Assembly (NCBI GenBank): GCA_024238995.1
Contig: JANBVL010000002.1
Location: 14,414 to 78,413, forward strand
DNA length: 64,000 nucleotides
Direction of reading: 5' to 3'
Origin: Patescibacteria group bacterium
Lineage (GTDB): Bacteria; Patescibacteriota; Minisyncoccia; Minisyncoccales; JANBVM01
Below, piece after piece: positions 1 through 8,646 of this stretch (positions are counted from its first letter, which is position 1; each line of letters begins with the position of its first letter). The notes under the pieces are model-generated. The model saw nothing but the letters and a program-made list of their open reading frames with translations, ran no database searches and was not told the DNA's origin. The translations under genes and the position numbers were made by a program.

Positions 1-1
1 T

Positions 2-1009
2 TTCAGGAAAAGACTGGAGAATCTTCCTGAACAACGTCAGGAAAGGCTTCAAGAATATATCGGAAAAATAAGTGGAGATAAAATAAAACATTTGGATATT
101 ATAAATTCTCTTGAAGGAGGAGAGCTTTCAGAAAAACTCAGGACCGTAATTGAAAGGGTAAGAGAAAAAAGCATTGAAGGAATAACAGACAACTATCAGG
201 GAACAATAACAAAAGAAAAGGCAGAGGCAGTAATTAAAGAAGCTCAAAGTTTGCTGGGGAAAATAACAAATATCATTACAGAAAAAAATGCCACCATACA
301 AGAAATACCTGATGCGTTTCGATTAGTTCAAGAGGCTGAGAAAAAACTAACACTGACTAAACAAGAGTTTGAGCAAGGAAATTATGGTAAAGCATATGGC
401 CAGGCAATAGCTGCCAGATCTTTAGCTGAAAATGCTATTAGAATTATGAAGATTAGAGCTGGATACCAAGACAACAGCGCAACAGGATCTTTAGTTTGCT
501 CTGACATTACAACTCCAGTTTGTGGGAAGGATGGAAAAACATATAGAAACATATGTGAAGCAAAGAGAAATACAGCAGAAATTGTTCATCGTGGAGAATG
601 TAAAACCAATATTGTGTGTGCCAGAGAAGGTGAAAAAGTCAACAGAAACCCAATTTTAGGAACAGTTGAAGAACACTGCTGTGAAGGACTAGAAGAAATA
701 AGAGCAACTAAATCCTATAGCATCTGTAAGAAACCTGGTGTTTCTTTTGAGTGCAGGGAAGACATAGACTGTCCTTTGTCCCGCTGTTTAACAAGCATAG
801 ATTCAACTTCAAAATGCGTTGAAGGAAAATGTGTTATTCCTCACTGTGAAGAACCAGTAGTTTGTATTCAAGTTATTACTCCTGCTAAAAACCGAACAAC
901 AGGAGAATGTAAAATCTTCTCAACCCCTTGTGATGTTCCAAGTGGATGGATCAAAGATGCTTCCTGTGGAATTCTGCGATTACAGCAAAAAATAGAATCT
1001 CAATTATAA
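2..1009 (+). CDS. Cys-rich protein with a Kazal-like serine-protease-inhibitor motif and a helical N-terminal region. Probably 5'-partial: the frame is open back to the window edge, and the track start at 92 is a TTG.
   Basis: The frame stays open from nt 2 with no upstream stop. The C-terminal half holds about 26 Cys, including C-SDITTPV-C-GKDGKTY-RNI-C...GEC, which matches the Kazal core PxCGxDGxTYxNxC. A hairpin followed by a T-run lies just downstream. Confidence 0.45.
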   Translation, partial: FRKRLENLPEQRQERLQEYIGKISGDKIKHLDIINSLEGGELSEKLRTVIERVREKSIEGITDNYQGTITKEKAEAVIKEAQSLLGKITNIITEKNATIQEIPDAFRLVQEAEKKLTLTKQEFEQGNYGKAYGQAIAARSLAENAIRIMKIRAGYQDNSATGSLVCSDITTPVCGKDGKTYRNICEAKRNTAEIVHRGECKTNIVCAREGEKVNRNPILGTVEEHCCEGLEEIRATKSYSICKKPGVSFECREDIDCPLSRCLTSIDSTSKCVEGKCVIPHCEEPVVCIQVITPAKNRTTGECKIFSTPCDVPSGWIKDASCGILRLQQKIESQL

Positions 1010-1050
1010 ACCAAGATAGAGGCTGATCAATAAACAGAGAGCTGATTAAA

Positions 1051-1079
1051 AAAAACAGCCTTGAATAGGGCTGTTTTTA
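1051..1079 (+). terminator. Rho-independent terminator after the Kazal-like ORF
   Basis: aacagcc-ttgaata-ggctgtt stem-loop followed by TTTTT. Confidence 0.5.
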
Positions 1080-1094
1080 TGTTATACAAAGAAT

Positions 1095-3254
1095 ATGATT
1101 GCCAAAAAATACTTTATCCTTACTTATGGCTGCCAGATGAATATGTCTGATTCAGAAAGAATTGCTTTTTTGTTGGAAAATCAAGGATATCAACAAGCTT
1201 TAAATGAAACCATGGCTGATTTAATTGTAATCAATATGTGTTCAGTTCGACAGTCTGCAGTAAACAGAGTTTATGGACTTGGAGAAAAAATAAAAAAGCT
1301 TAAAAAAAAGAACAGGAATTTAAAAACAATCTTAACAGGCTGTGTTTCAAAAAAAGATCATAAAAAATTCATTAAAATATTTGATTTGGTTTTAAATATT
1401 AAAAGCTTGTCTCAATGGCCAAAATATTTTGAAGCTGGATTTTTATCAGAATTATGGCCGCCCTTACTAAGACAAGATAACCAATATTTTAAAATACAGC
1501 CCAAACAAATTAGTAAATTTTCAGCTTTAATTCCAATATCATCTGGTTGCAATAATTCCTGCGCTTATTGTGTAGTTCCTTTTACCCGCGGGCCCTTAAC
1601 CTGTAGAAGCCACAAGGAAATTATTAAAGAAACTAAAAGTGCAATAAAAAATGGCGCTAAAGAAATATGGCTTTTGGGTCAAAATGTTAATGATTATAAA
1701 TCCCCCGCTAATTCTAAAATAAACTTCTCAAAACTTTTAGAAATGATTAATAATATTAATGCTGATTTTTGGATAAGATTTACATCTCCAAATCCCAAAG
1801 ATTTTTCAAGCGAAATAATTAATGCAATAGCTAATCTTAAAAAGGTAACAGAATATCTTAATCTTCCAGTTCAGTCCGGAGATAACAAAATCTTAAAAGA
1901 AATGAATCGCAGTTATACGATAAAAAAGTATAAAGATTTAGTTACAAAAATAAGGAAGAAAATTCCGAATATCAGTTTATCCACTGATGCTATTGTTGGT
2001 TTTCCAACTGAAACTAAAAGCCAGTTTCAAAACACACTCAAGCTTTTTAAAGATGTTAAATTTGACATGGCCTATATTGCAAAGTACTCTCCCCGCCCCC
2101 GCACAAAAGCTAATAAATTAAAAGATGATATTTCTAAAAAAGAAAAACAGATTAGATGGGAGGCTCTAACAAAAACCCTTGAGAAAACTAGTTTGAAAAA
2201 GAATAAAAAATACATTGGGAAGGAAGTGGAAATACTTGTAAATGATTATAAAAATGGCTTTATACTGGGAAAGACCAGAACATATAAAACAGTGAAAATT
2301 AAAAATGATGATAAAGACTTAATAGGCAAAATCATTAAGGTAAAAATTACCAGTGCTCTGCCCTGGGGGCTAAAAGGCATTTTAGCTAAACCAAAACTAA
2401 TTGTTGTTTTAGGCTCTACTGCAACTGGAAAAACAGGTTTAGCGATTAAATTAGCTAAGCAGTTTAATGGTGAAATAGTTTCAGCTGACTCAAGACAGAT
2501 TTATAAAGAAATGGCTATTGGCACCGCAAAGCCAACTAAAAAAGAAACTAAAGCTATCCCCCACCATCTAATTAACTTTCTTCTTCCAAACAAAGATTTT
2601 AATGTTGCTTTGTATAAAAATAAAGCTTTAAAAGCTATTGATAAAATTCAGAAAACAGCAAAAATCCCATTTTTGGTTGGCGGAACAGGACTATATATTA
2701 GCTCAATTGTAAACAATATTGATTTTCCTAAGGTAAAACCCAATAAAAAATTAAGGAAGCAGCTTGAGAAAAAAAGCGTCAGACAACTATTTGAAATATA
2801 TAAAAAGCTGGATCCTAAGGGAGCTGAATTGATTGATAGAAATAACAAAAGAAGATTGGTGCGGGCAATTGAAGTTTCTGAAATTACTAAAAAACCATAT
2901 TGGGTTCAAAGACAAAAAAAAGAACCTTTGTTTGAAGTTCTACAAATTGGAATAAAACTTTCTAAAAAAGAACTGGAACAAAGGATTTCAAAAAGAACTG
3001 ATAAAATGTTCAAATTAGGACTTGAAAAAGAAGTTAAAAAATTAGCTAAAAAATATAGGAAGTCTCCCCTGCTTTCAACTATTGGTTATACTGAATGGTT
3101 TAAGAATAAAGATAAAAACAAAATTAAAAAAGCCATCAAGCTCCACACAATACAATTCACTAATCGCCAGATGACTTGGTTCAAAAAAGATAAAACAATT
3201 AACTGGATTAAAAACTATTCTCAAGCAGAAAAACTCATAAAACGCTTTTTATAG
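1095..3254 (+). CDS. miaB-miaA: Fusion of MiaB and MiaA in one ORF. MiaB is a radical-SAM tRNA-i6A37 methylthiotransferase with MTTase, CxxxCxxC and TRAM domains. MiaA is a tRNA dimethylallyltransferase.
   Basis: The N-terminus reads ILTYGCQMNMSDSE (MTTase domain). The radical-SAM motif is SGCNNSCAYCVVP, and a TRAM-like segment spans roughly aa 360-420. From about aa 428 the sequence is LIVVLGSTATGKTGLAIKLAKQFNGEIVSADSRQIYKEMAIGTAKPT, a P-loop plus the canonical MiaA DS.QIY..M.IGTAKP motif. The 719-aa ORF has no internal stop. Confidence 0.8.
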   Translation: MIAKKYFILTYGCQMNMSDSERIAFLLENQGYQQALNETMADLIVINMCSVRQSAVNRVYGLGEKIKKLKKKNRNLKTILTGCVSKKDHKKFIKIFDLVLNIKSLSQWPKYFEAGFLSELWPPLLRQDNQYFKIQPKQISKFSALIPISSGCNNSCAYCVVPFTRGPLTCRSHKEIIKETKSAIKNGAKEIWLLGQNVNDYKSPANSKINFSKLLEMINNINADFWIRFTSPNPKDFSSEIINAIANLKKVTEYLNLPVQSGDNKILKEMNRSYTIKKYKDLVTKIRKKIPNISLSTDAIVGFPTETKSQFQNTLKLFKDVKFDMAYIAKYSPRPRTKANKLKDDISKKEKQIRWEALTKTLEKTSLKKNKKYIGKEVEILVNDYKNGFILGKTRTYKTVKIKNDDKDLIGKIIKVKITSALPWGLKGILAKPKLIVVLGSTATGKTGLAIKLAKQFNGEIVSADSRQIYKEMAIGTAKPTKKETKAIPHHLINFLLPNKDFNVALYKNKALKAIDKIQKTAKIPFLVGGTGLYISSIVNNIDFPKVKPNKKLRKQLEKKSVRQLFEIYKKLDPKGAELIDRNNKRRLVRAIEVSEITKKPYWVQRQKKEPLFEVLQIGIKLSKKELEQRISKRTDKMFKLGLEKEVKKLAKKYRKSPLLSTIGYTEWFKNKDKNKIKKAIKLHTIQFTNRQMTWFKKDKTINWIKNYSQAEKLIKRFL

Positions 3255-4718
3255 GTTGTCTTTTAAAATCTTTTCTGCTGTTTCAGGATTTACTCTTCCT
3301 TTTGTTCTTGCCATTACCTGACCTATTAAAAACTGGATTGCATTCTGCTTTCCTTTTTTAAAATCTAGCACTGCTCTTTCATTTTTTAAGATTACATCCT
3401 TTACAATGCCTATAATCTCGTTCTCATCTTGCATTAAATTTAACCCCTTTTCTTCAATAACATTTGAAGGATCAGCGCCTGTTTGAAACATTTCCAAAAG
3501 AACAGTTTTGGCAACCTTACTTAGTATTGTTTTGTTCTCAATTAAACTAATGAATTCAGCGAAGTTTTCTGGAGTTATTAAAAAGTCTTCACCCTCAACT
3601 GCTTTTTCTTTTAATAAACTTTGGAGGTCAGTAATAATGTAATTTACTGCCAAGGCAATCAATCTCTTGAGTTTGTCTTGTGGAATGTTCGGTTCAAATT
3701 CACTTGTTACTTTTTCAAAATACTCTGACAACTCTTTATTATGTATAAAAAATTCTACACTATCTTCGTCTAAACCATATTCTTCAGCAAACCTTATCCT
3801 TTTATTAGAAGGCAATTCAGGAATCTCGGCCTTGATACTATTAATCTCATTGTCATCAAAAACTAAAGGCTTTAAATCAGGCTCTGGAAAATACCTATAA
3901 TCATGAGCTTGTTCTTTTTCGCGCTGGGAAACTGTAACCATTTTAGATTCATCCCAACCTCTAGTTTCATGGAGTACTTTTTTTCCTGATTTTAAAAGCT
4001 TGGCCTGCCTCTTAATCTCATAGTCAACTGCTTTTTCTACTACTTTAAAAGAGTTAAGATTTTTAATTTCTACTTTTGTGCCCAGGTCTTTTGAGCCTCT
4101 AGGCTTCACTGACACATTAGCCTCTACTCTTAACTGGCCTTTTTCCATATTAGCCTCAGATACATCTAAGTATCTCAGTATTAATTGAAGCTCCTGACCG
4201 AATTTCTTGGCCTCTAAGGATGAATTAATATCAGGTTCAGTAACAAGCTCCATTAAAGGAATGCCAGCTCTATTAAAGTTAACCAAGCTATAATCTGCAC
4301 CTTTTGCATGTATTGAACTGCCAGTGTCTTCTTCTAAGTGAATCCTTGTAATTCTCACGCTTTTAGATCCTTGTCCTTTGATATTCAACTTTAACTCTCC
4401 TTTATAAGCTATGGGCATATCATACTGAGAAATCTGATAGCCTTTTGGCAGATCAGGGTAAAAATAATTTTTCCTATCAAATTTTGTAGGATTAGAAATC
4501 TTGCATTTCAAAGCCAAGCCAGTTTTAATAACTTTTCTAACTGCTTCTTTATTTATAACTGGAAGCGTTCCCGGTTGCGCTGTGCATATTGGGCAAATAT
4601 TAGTATTTGGATGCCTTTCGTCAGGATCATTACGACACGAACAAAACATTTTTGAATTAGTTTTTAATTCGGCATGAATCTCCAACCCTATTACTGGTTC
4701 AAATTCATTTTTTTCCAT
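3249..4718 (-). CDS. gatB: Asp/Glu-tRNA amidotransferase subunit B
   Basis: The N-terminus reads EPVIGLEIHAELKTNSKMFCSC...NTNICPICTAQPGTLP. The length (489 aa) is typical for GatB. Confidence 0.85.
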   Translation of the reverse strand: MEKNEFEPVIGLEIHAELKTNSKMFCSCRNDPDERHPNTNICPICTAQPGTLPVINKEAVRKVIKTGLALKCKISNPTKFDRKNYFYPDLPKGYQISQYDMPIAYKGELKLNIKGQGSKSVRITRIHLEEDTGSSIHAKGADYSLVNFNRAGIPLMELVTEPDINSSLEAKKFGQELQLILRYLDVSEANMEKGQLRVEANVSVKPRGSKDLGTKVEIKNLNSFKVVEKAVDYEIKRQAKLLKSGKKVLHETRGWDESKMVTVSQREKEQAHDYRYFPEPDLKPLVFDDNEINSIKAEIPELPSNKRIRFAEEYGLDEDSVEFFIHNKELSEYFEKVTSEFEPNIPQDKLKRLIALAVNYIITDLQSLLKEKAVEGEDFLITPENFAEFISLIENKTILSKVAKTVLLEMFQTGADPSNVIEEKGLNLMQDENEIIGIVKDVILKNERAVLDFKKGKQNAIQFLIGQVMARTKGRVNPETAEKILKDNL

Positions 4719-4721
4719 AAA

Positions 4722-5408
4722 TTATTTTTTAAAAAATTCCTTCATTATTTTAACTCCTGAGCTTGTTCCAATAATATCAGCCCCAGCTTTTACTGCTTCT
4801 TTTAAATCCTTGAGTGTCTTTATTTTCCCAGAAGCTTTAACTAATAAGCCGGGGGCTGATTTTTTCATTAATTTAAGATGATAGAATTTTTCTTTTAATT
4901 CCCTGTGCTCTAATGGATCTTTACTAGTAGCAGTTTTAACACAAATTGCTCCAGCTTTTTTTGCAATCTGACAAGCTTTAATAATCTCATCATCAGTTAA
5001 ATAACCTGAACCAATAATTATTTTAGTTGGCAATATCTTGCAAATTGGTTTCAAATCTTTTAATACTTTATTCCACAAACCGTGCTTTACATCAGGAATT
5101 GAATTAACAATATCAATATGATCACCCCCGTCTTTCTTAATCTTTTTACAAATTAAAACTCTTTCTTTGTGAGAACTATCACCTATTGGCTCATCAACCA
5201 AAACCACAATCTTAACATAAACTCCTTTAATTTGTTTTTTAACAAAACTTACCCATTCAGGGCGAATGCAAATTCCTCCAAAACCATGCCTTTTAACTTC
5301 TTCACAAAGTTTTTCAATGTCTTTTTTAGTTGCTTTGCTGCTGACATTGGTATGATCAATGATTTTTGCAATATTTTTAGTCATAATGTCTTTTGAATTA
5401 TTCTCCAA
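4722..5408 (-). CDS. deoC: deoxyribose-phosphate aldolase
   Basis: Motifs IDHT..., a GFGGICIRP-like segment, VKTATS and VKASGKIKT...GADIIGTSSG match the DeoC Schiff-base lysine region and C-terminal motif. Confidence 0.7.
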   Translation of the reverse strand: MENNSKDIMTKNIAKIIDHTNVSSKATKKDIEKLCEEVKRHGFGGICIRPEWVSFVKKQIKGVYVKIVVLVDEPIGDSSHKERVLICKKIKKDGGDHIDIVNSIPDVKHGLWNKVLKDLKPICKILPTKIIIGSGYLTDDEIIKACQIAKKAGAICVKTATSKDPLEHRELKEKFYHLKLMKKSAPGLLVKASGKIKTLKDLKEAVKAGADIIGTSSGVKIMKEFFKK

Positions 5409-6100
5409 ACATCATCATGAATGATATTTGGTGATAATAATTTTCCGTTTTTAAAACACTCAATAATCTTAAAATCTTTTGGGAATTGTTTAGCAATCTC
5501 TAAATATGATTTTTCAGTATCTGAAAGGTGTTTTAAATCTTTTTCATGGATATCCCTTTTTTTTCTTCCCAAATAAATCTTTTTCTTAGCTTTTTTAATT
5601 TTATCAGTAATCTTTCCAGACAAGTCACGCGCTATCAAAGGAGGCATTTTAAAAATAAAAGAAAAGTTTGGTTTAGGAATATTAAAAATACTATACTCTA
5701 ATTCATATAACCAGTTTAAAAACTTGTTCCTTTCTTTTCTATTCTTTATCTTGCCACCCTGATGCCCTATATTAGATCCAACATACCTGTCTGTAATAAT
5801 AATCTTACCCTGTTTTAACCAGTCTCTGATCTGAAAACTAGCATCAAAACGATCACAAGCATAAAATATTGATGCCCTATAAGGCCCAACTTCTTTTGAT
5901 GTGCCATAGTTACCATTTAAATACTCTTCAACTAGCCCTGCTGATTTTTTACCATATTGAGGAAAATCTATGAAAGCAATTTTATATCCTTCTTTTTTAA
6001 GACGATTAGTTAATAGCTTTGATTGGGTTGATTTGCCTGAACCATCAATACCCTCCAAAGCAATGAACTTCCCCTTATAATTATTCTTTAACATATCCAT
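5381..6100 (-). CDS. tmk: thymidylate (dTMP) kinase
   Basis: FIALEGIDGSGKSTQ P-loop with the DRY motif (ITDRYVGSNI). Confidence 0.8.
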   Translation of the reverse strand: MDMLKNNYKGKFIALEGIDGSGKSTQSKLLTNRLKKEGYKIAFIDFPQYGKKSAGLVEEYLNGNYGTSKEVGPYRASIFYACDRFDASFQIRDWLKQGKIIITDRYVGSNIGHQGGKIKNRKERNKFLNWLYELEYSIFNIPKPNFSFIFKMPPLIARDLSGKITDKIKKAKKKIYLGRKKRDIHEKDLKHLSDTEKSYLEIAKQFPKDFKIIECFKNGKLLSPNIIHDDVWRIIQKTL

Positions 6101-6161
6101 TATTTTAACATAAGGTTGGAAGAAAATAAAAAAATAGGGTATTAACCCTTTTAGAAGAGAA

Positions 6162-6701
6162 CTAAGAAGACATAATATTGTTTATCTCATCATCAATATA
6201 GTAAATCTCGTCAGCTACTGCTATAAGCAATCCTGATAAGCAATCTTTACCAGAAACAACAACTATCTTTTTCTTTTGCTCCCTTAGTACCTGAAGCGTT
6301 TCGGCATAATCTCCGTCGCCAGAAACTAAGTATATTTGAGCTACGTCTTCTGTAATCATTCTAGCAAAGGCAGCAAATATCCTTGAATCTACGCTGACCC
6401 TACTCGCACCAGAGAAATTAAAAGATATTCTTTCTTGTTCTAATTGTTGCTTCAATATAGGAAAATAATCTACAAGTCTAGTTTTCCTTTCTTCTTCTTT
6501 TGGTTTTTTGTCTTCGTAATAACAAAAAATTTCAGTGTTTTTGCCTTTTGCCAACCACTTAAAAAATTTCTTGAGTTGTTCATATTTAAATTTTGGAGAC
6601 GGCTTCATCTTTTTAAGAATGCTTATTATGGCCCCCATAAGGTTTTCATAATCAATAAAAACCCTTATTTTCATTTCATTATTATTGTCAATACTTTCCA
6701 A
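6162..6701 (-). CDS. NYN-domain (LabA/PIN-like) putative ribonuclease
   Basis: IRVFIDYENL together with YLVSGDGDYAETLQVLREQKKKIVVVSG matches the NYN motifs (FIDGENL ... SGDSDF ... G..V.V). Confidence 0.55.
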   Translation of the reverse strand: MESIDNNNEMKIRVFIDYENLMGAIISILKKMKPSPKFKYEQLKKFFKWLAKGKNTEIFCYYEDKKPKEEERKTRLVDYFPILKQQLEQERISFNFSGASRVSVDSRIFAAFARMITEDVAQIYLVSGDGDYAETLQVLREQKKKIVVVSGKDCLSGLLIAVADEIYYIDDEINNIMSS

Positions 6702-6773
6702 GTTTTTTTCACCTCTTTTGAAGTTACTACGTTCTAAAATACATCAATATAAGAAGATTGTCAATCCCCAAAT

Positions 6774-6802
6774 AAAAAAAGCCTGTTAGATTAACAGAAG
6801 CC
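6774..6802 (-). terminator. Rho-independent terminator downstream of dcd (minus-strand sense)
   Basis: On the minus strand: ggcttctgttaatctaacaggc hairpin followed by TTTTTTT. Confidence 0.45.
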
Positions 6803-6835
6803 TAATTTAAGCCTTTTGCAAACAAGCTTGGCTTT

Positions 6836-7405
6836 TTATTCATCATCATAAAGCCTGCTTTCTTGAGGAAGCATATCAGAAATATATTTTGAGCCTTTTC
6901 TCTGAGAATAAGGAACTTTAGCCGGTGAAGATAAAGTTTCAAAAGCCAGCTGACAAATTCTCGTTTTGTCATATAAAAGGATTGATATTGGGCCAATATT
7001 GGTCATTTCTAAAGTAAGTCTTCCAGAAAATCCTGGATCAACATATCCAGCTGTGGAATGGACAATTAACCCCAACCTTCCCCAGCTGCTTCTTCCTTCA
7101 ATCCTAGCTCCAATATCAGCGCCTAAAGAAACTTTTTCCAGCGTTGCAGCTAAAACAAATTCTTTGGGATGAAGAATAAAAGGTTGGTCGTCTTGGATTT
7201 TTATCATCTTAGTCAAGCCTTCAAAAGTCCGGTGGTCTCTTGGATCAATGTGCGATCTCATTGAATGGTTAAAAACTTTAAATTCACTACCCAGTCTTAA
7301 ATCCAAAGAAGCTGGGCCTAATTGTTTTTCAAAATCAGGGGTTGGGCTAATTTTAATTTTCCCTTGCTGAATATATTTTTCAATATCTTGATCTGAAAGA
7401 ATCAT
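6836..7405 (-). CDS. dcd: dCTP deaminase
   Basis: MILSDQDI N-terminus and the GYVDPGFSGRLTLEM motif. Confidence 0.85.
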   Translation of the reverse strand: MILSDQDIEKYIQQGKIKISPTPDFEKQLGPASLDLRLGSEFKVFNHSMRSHIDPRDHRTFEGLTKMIKIQDDQPFILHPKEFVLAATLEKVSLGADIGARIEGRSSWGRLGLIVHSTAGYVDPGFSGRLTLEMTNIGPISILLYDKTRICQLAFETLSSPAKVPYSQRKGSKYISDMLPQESRLYDDE

Positions 7406-7425
7406 TGAATTTCAAATAGAAACTA

Positions 7426-7848
7426 TTATTTAATTTCAATGCCCATATTCTTAGCAGTTCCCTCTACTATTCTCATTGCTGCTTCAATATCATCAGTATT
7501 AAAATCAGGCATTTTTTGCTCAGCTATTCTCTTTAATTGCTCTTTAGTAATTTTAGCAACTTTTATTTTATTTGGCTGGCCAGAACCTTTTTCAATACCA
7601 GCTGCTTTTTTAAGCAATTCTGATATAGGAGGTTTTTTTAACTTGAATATATATGTTCTATCTTCAAAAACAGTGATTTCAACTGGCACAACAAAACCCT
7701 GCTGATCGCCAGTCATATCATTAAACTTCCTGCAAAAATCAGCAATATTTAAGCCGTATTGAGCTAAAGCAGGACCCACTGGAGGAGCTGGAGTAGCCTT
7801 GCCTGCTGGAATCTGAACCTTAATTTTAGCAATTACTTTTTTAGCCAT
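7426..7848 (-). CDS. rplK: 50S ribosomal protein L11
   Basis: [26 protein letters not shown] is the canonical L11 sequence. Context is secE-nusG-rplK. Confidence 0.9.
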   Translation of the reverse strand: MAKKVIAKIKVQIPAGKATPAPPVGPALAQYGLNIADFCRKFNDMTGDQQGFVVPVEITVFEDRTYIFKLKKPPISELLKKAAGIEKGSGQPNKIKVAKITKEQLKRIAEQKMPDFNTDDIEAAMRIVEGTAKNMGIEIK

Positions 7849-7856
7849 AATCTTAT

Positions 7857-8402
7857 TTATAATTTTTTAATTTGAAGCGAATCTAATTCTACTGGAGTAT
7901 CTCTGCCAAACATATTTACCAATACTTTTACTTTTCCTTTTTCTTCATCAATATCTGAAACCCTGCCATCAAAATCTTTAAATGGACCATCTATGATTTT
8001 AACTAAATCACCAGGTTTTACTTCAATCTTGTATTGAGGCTCTTTTTCTTCTATTCTTTCCATTAAACTGTCTATTTCTTTTTTAGAAACTGGAATTGGT
8101 GTTGTTCCAGCACCAATAAACCCAGTAACATTGGGTGTATTTCTAACAACATACCAAGAATCATCAGTAACAATCATTTCAACTAATACGTATCCAGGAT
8201 AAATCTTTTCTTCAACTGTTTTTCTTTTTCCGTCTTTAATCTTTATCTTTTTTTCCTTAGGCACAATAACACTAAAAATCTTATCTTCCATGCCTAAAGA
8301 CTCTATGCGCTGTTTAAGGTTTTTAGCAACTGATTCTTCGTATCCTGAGTAGGTATGAAGAACGTACCAAGATCTTTTTTGTGGTAATTTCTGCTTTGGC
8401 AT
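7857..8402 (-). CDS. nusG: transcription termination/antitermination factor NusG
   Basis: [14 protein letters not shown] domain and a C-terminal KOW ([16 protein letters not shown]). Confidence 0.9.
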   Translation of the reverse strand: MPKQKLPQKRSWYVLHTYSGYEESVAKNLKQRIESLGMEDKIFSVIVPKEKKIKIKDGKRKTVEEKIYPGYVLVEMIVTDDSWYVVRNTPNVTGFIGAGTTPIPVSKKEIDSLMERIEEKEPQYKIEVKPGDLVKIIDGPFKDFDGRVSDIDEEKGKVKVLVNMFGRDTPVELDSLQIKKL

Positions 8403-8406
8403 AATT

Positions 8407-8610
8407 TTAAAGTATGAATTTATCTAAAACTCTTGTAAAAAGAAAATCTATTCCACCTAAAAACGCTGCTGTAACTATAGAAACACCAATAATAATTAAA
8501 GTATATCTTATAGTTTCTTTTGTTGTTGGCCAATTTACTTTTTTAATTTCAAGCTTAACTTCCTTAAAAAAGTTATCAATTTTACTAAAAATGTTCATTA
8601 TACTTGGCAT
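8407..8610 (-). CDS. secE: preprotein translocase subunit SecE
   Basis: 67-aa single-TM protein (KKVNWPTTKE...) immediately upstream of nusG. Confidence 0.8.
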   Translation of the reverse strand: MPSIMNIFSKIDNFFKEVKLEIKKVNWPTTKETIRYTLIIIGVSIVTAAFLGGIDFLFTRVLDKFIL

Positions 8611-8646
8611 AATTACATTCTTATTTAATTCGTGATTAATTAGTGG

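Noticed and set aside
6802-6996. 64-aa minus-strand ORF overlapping the 3' end of dcd
   Set aside because: It is out of frame with and overlaps the well-supported dcd. The dcd terminator lies just downstream, so it was judged spurious.
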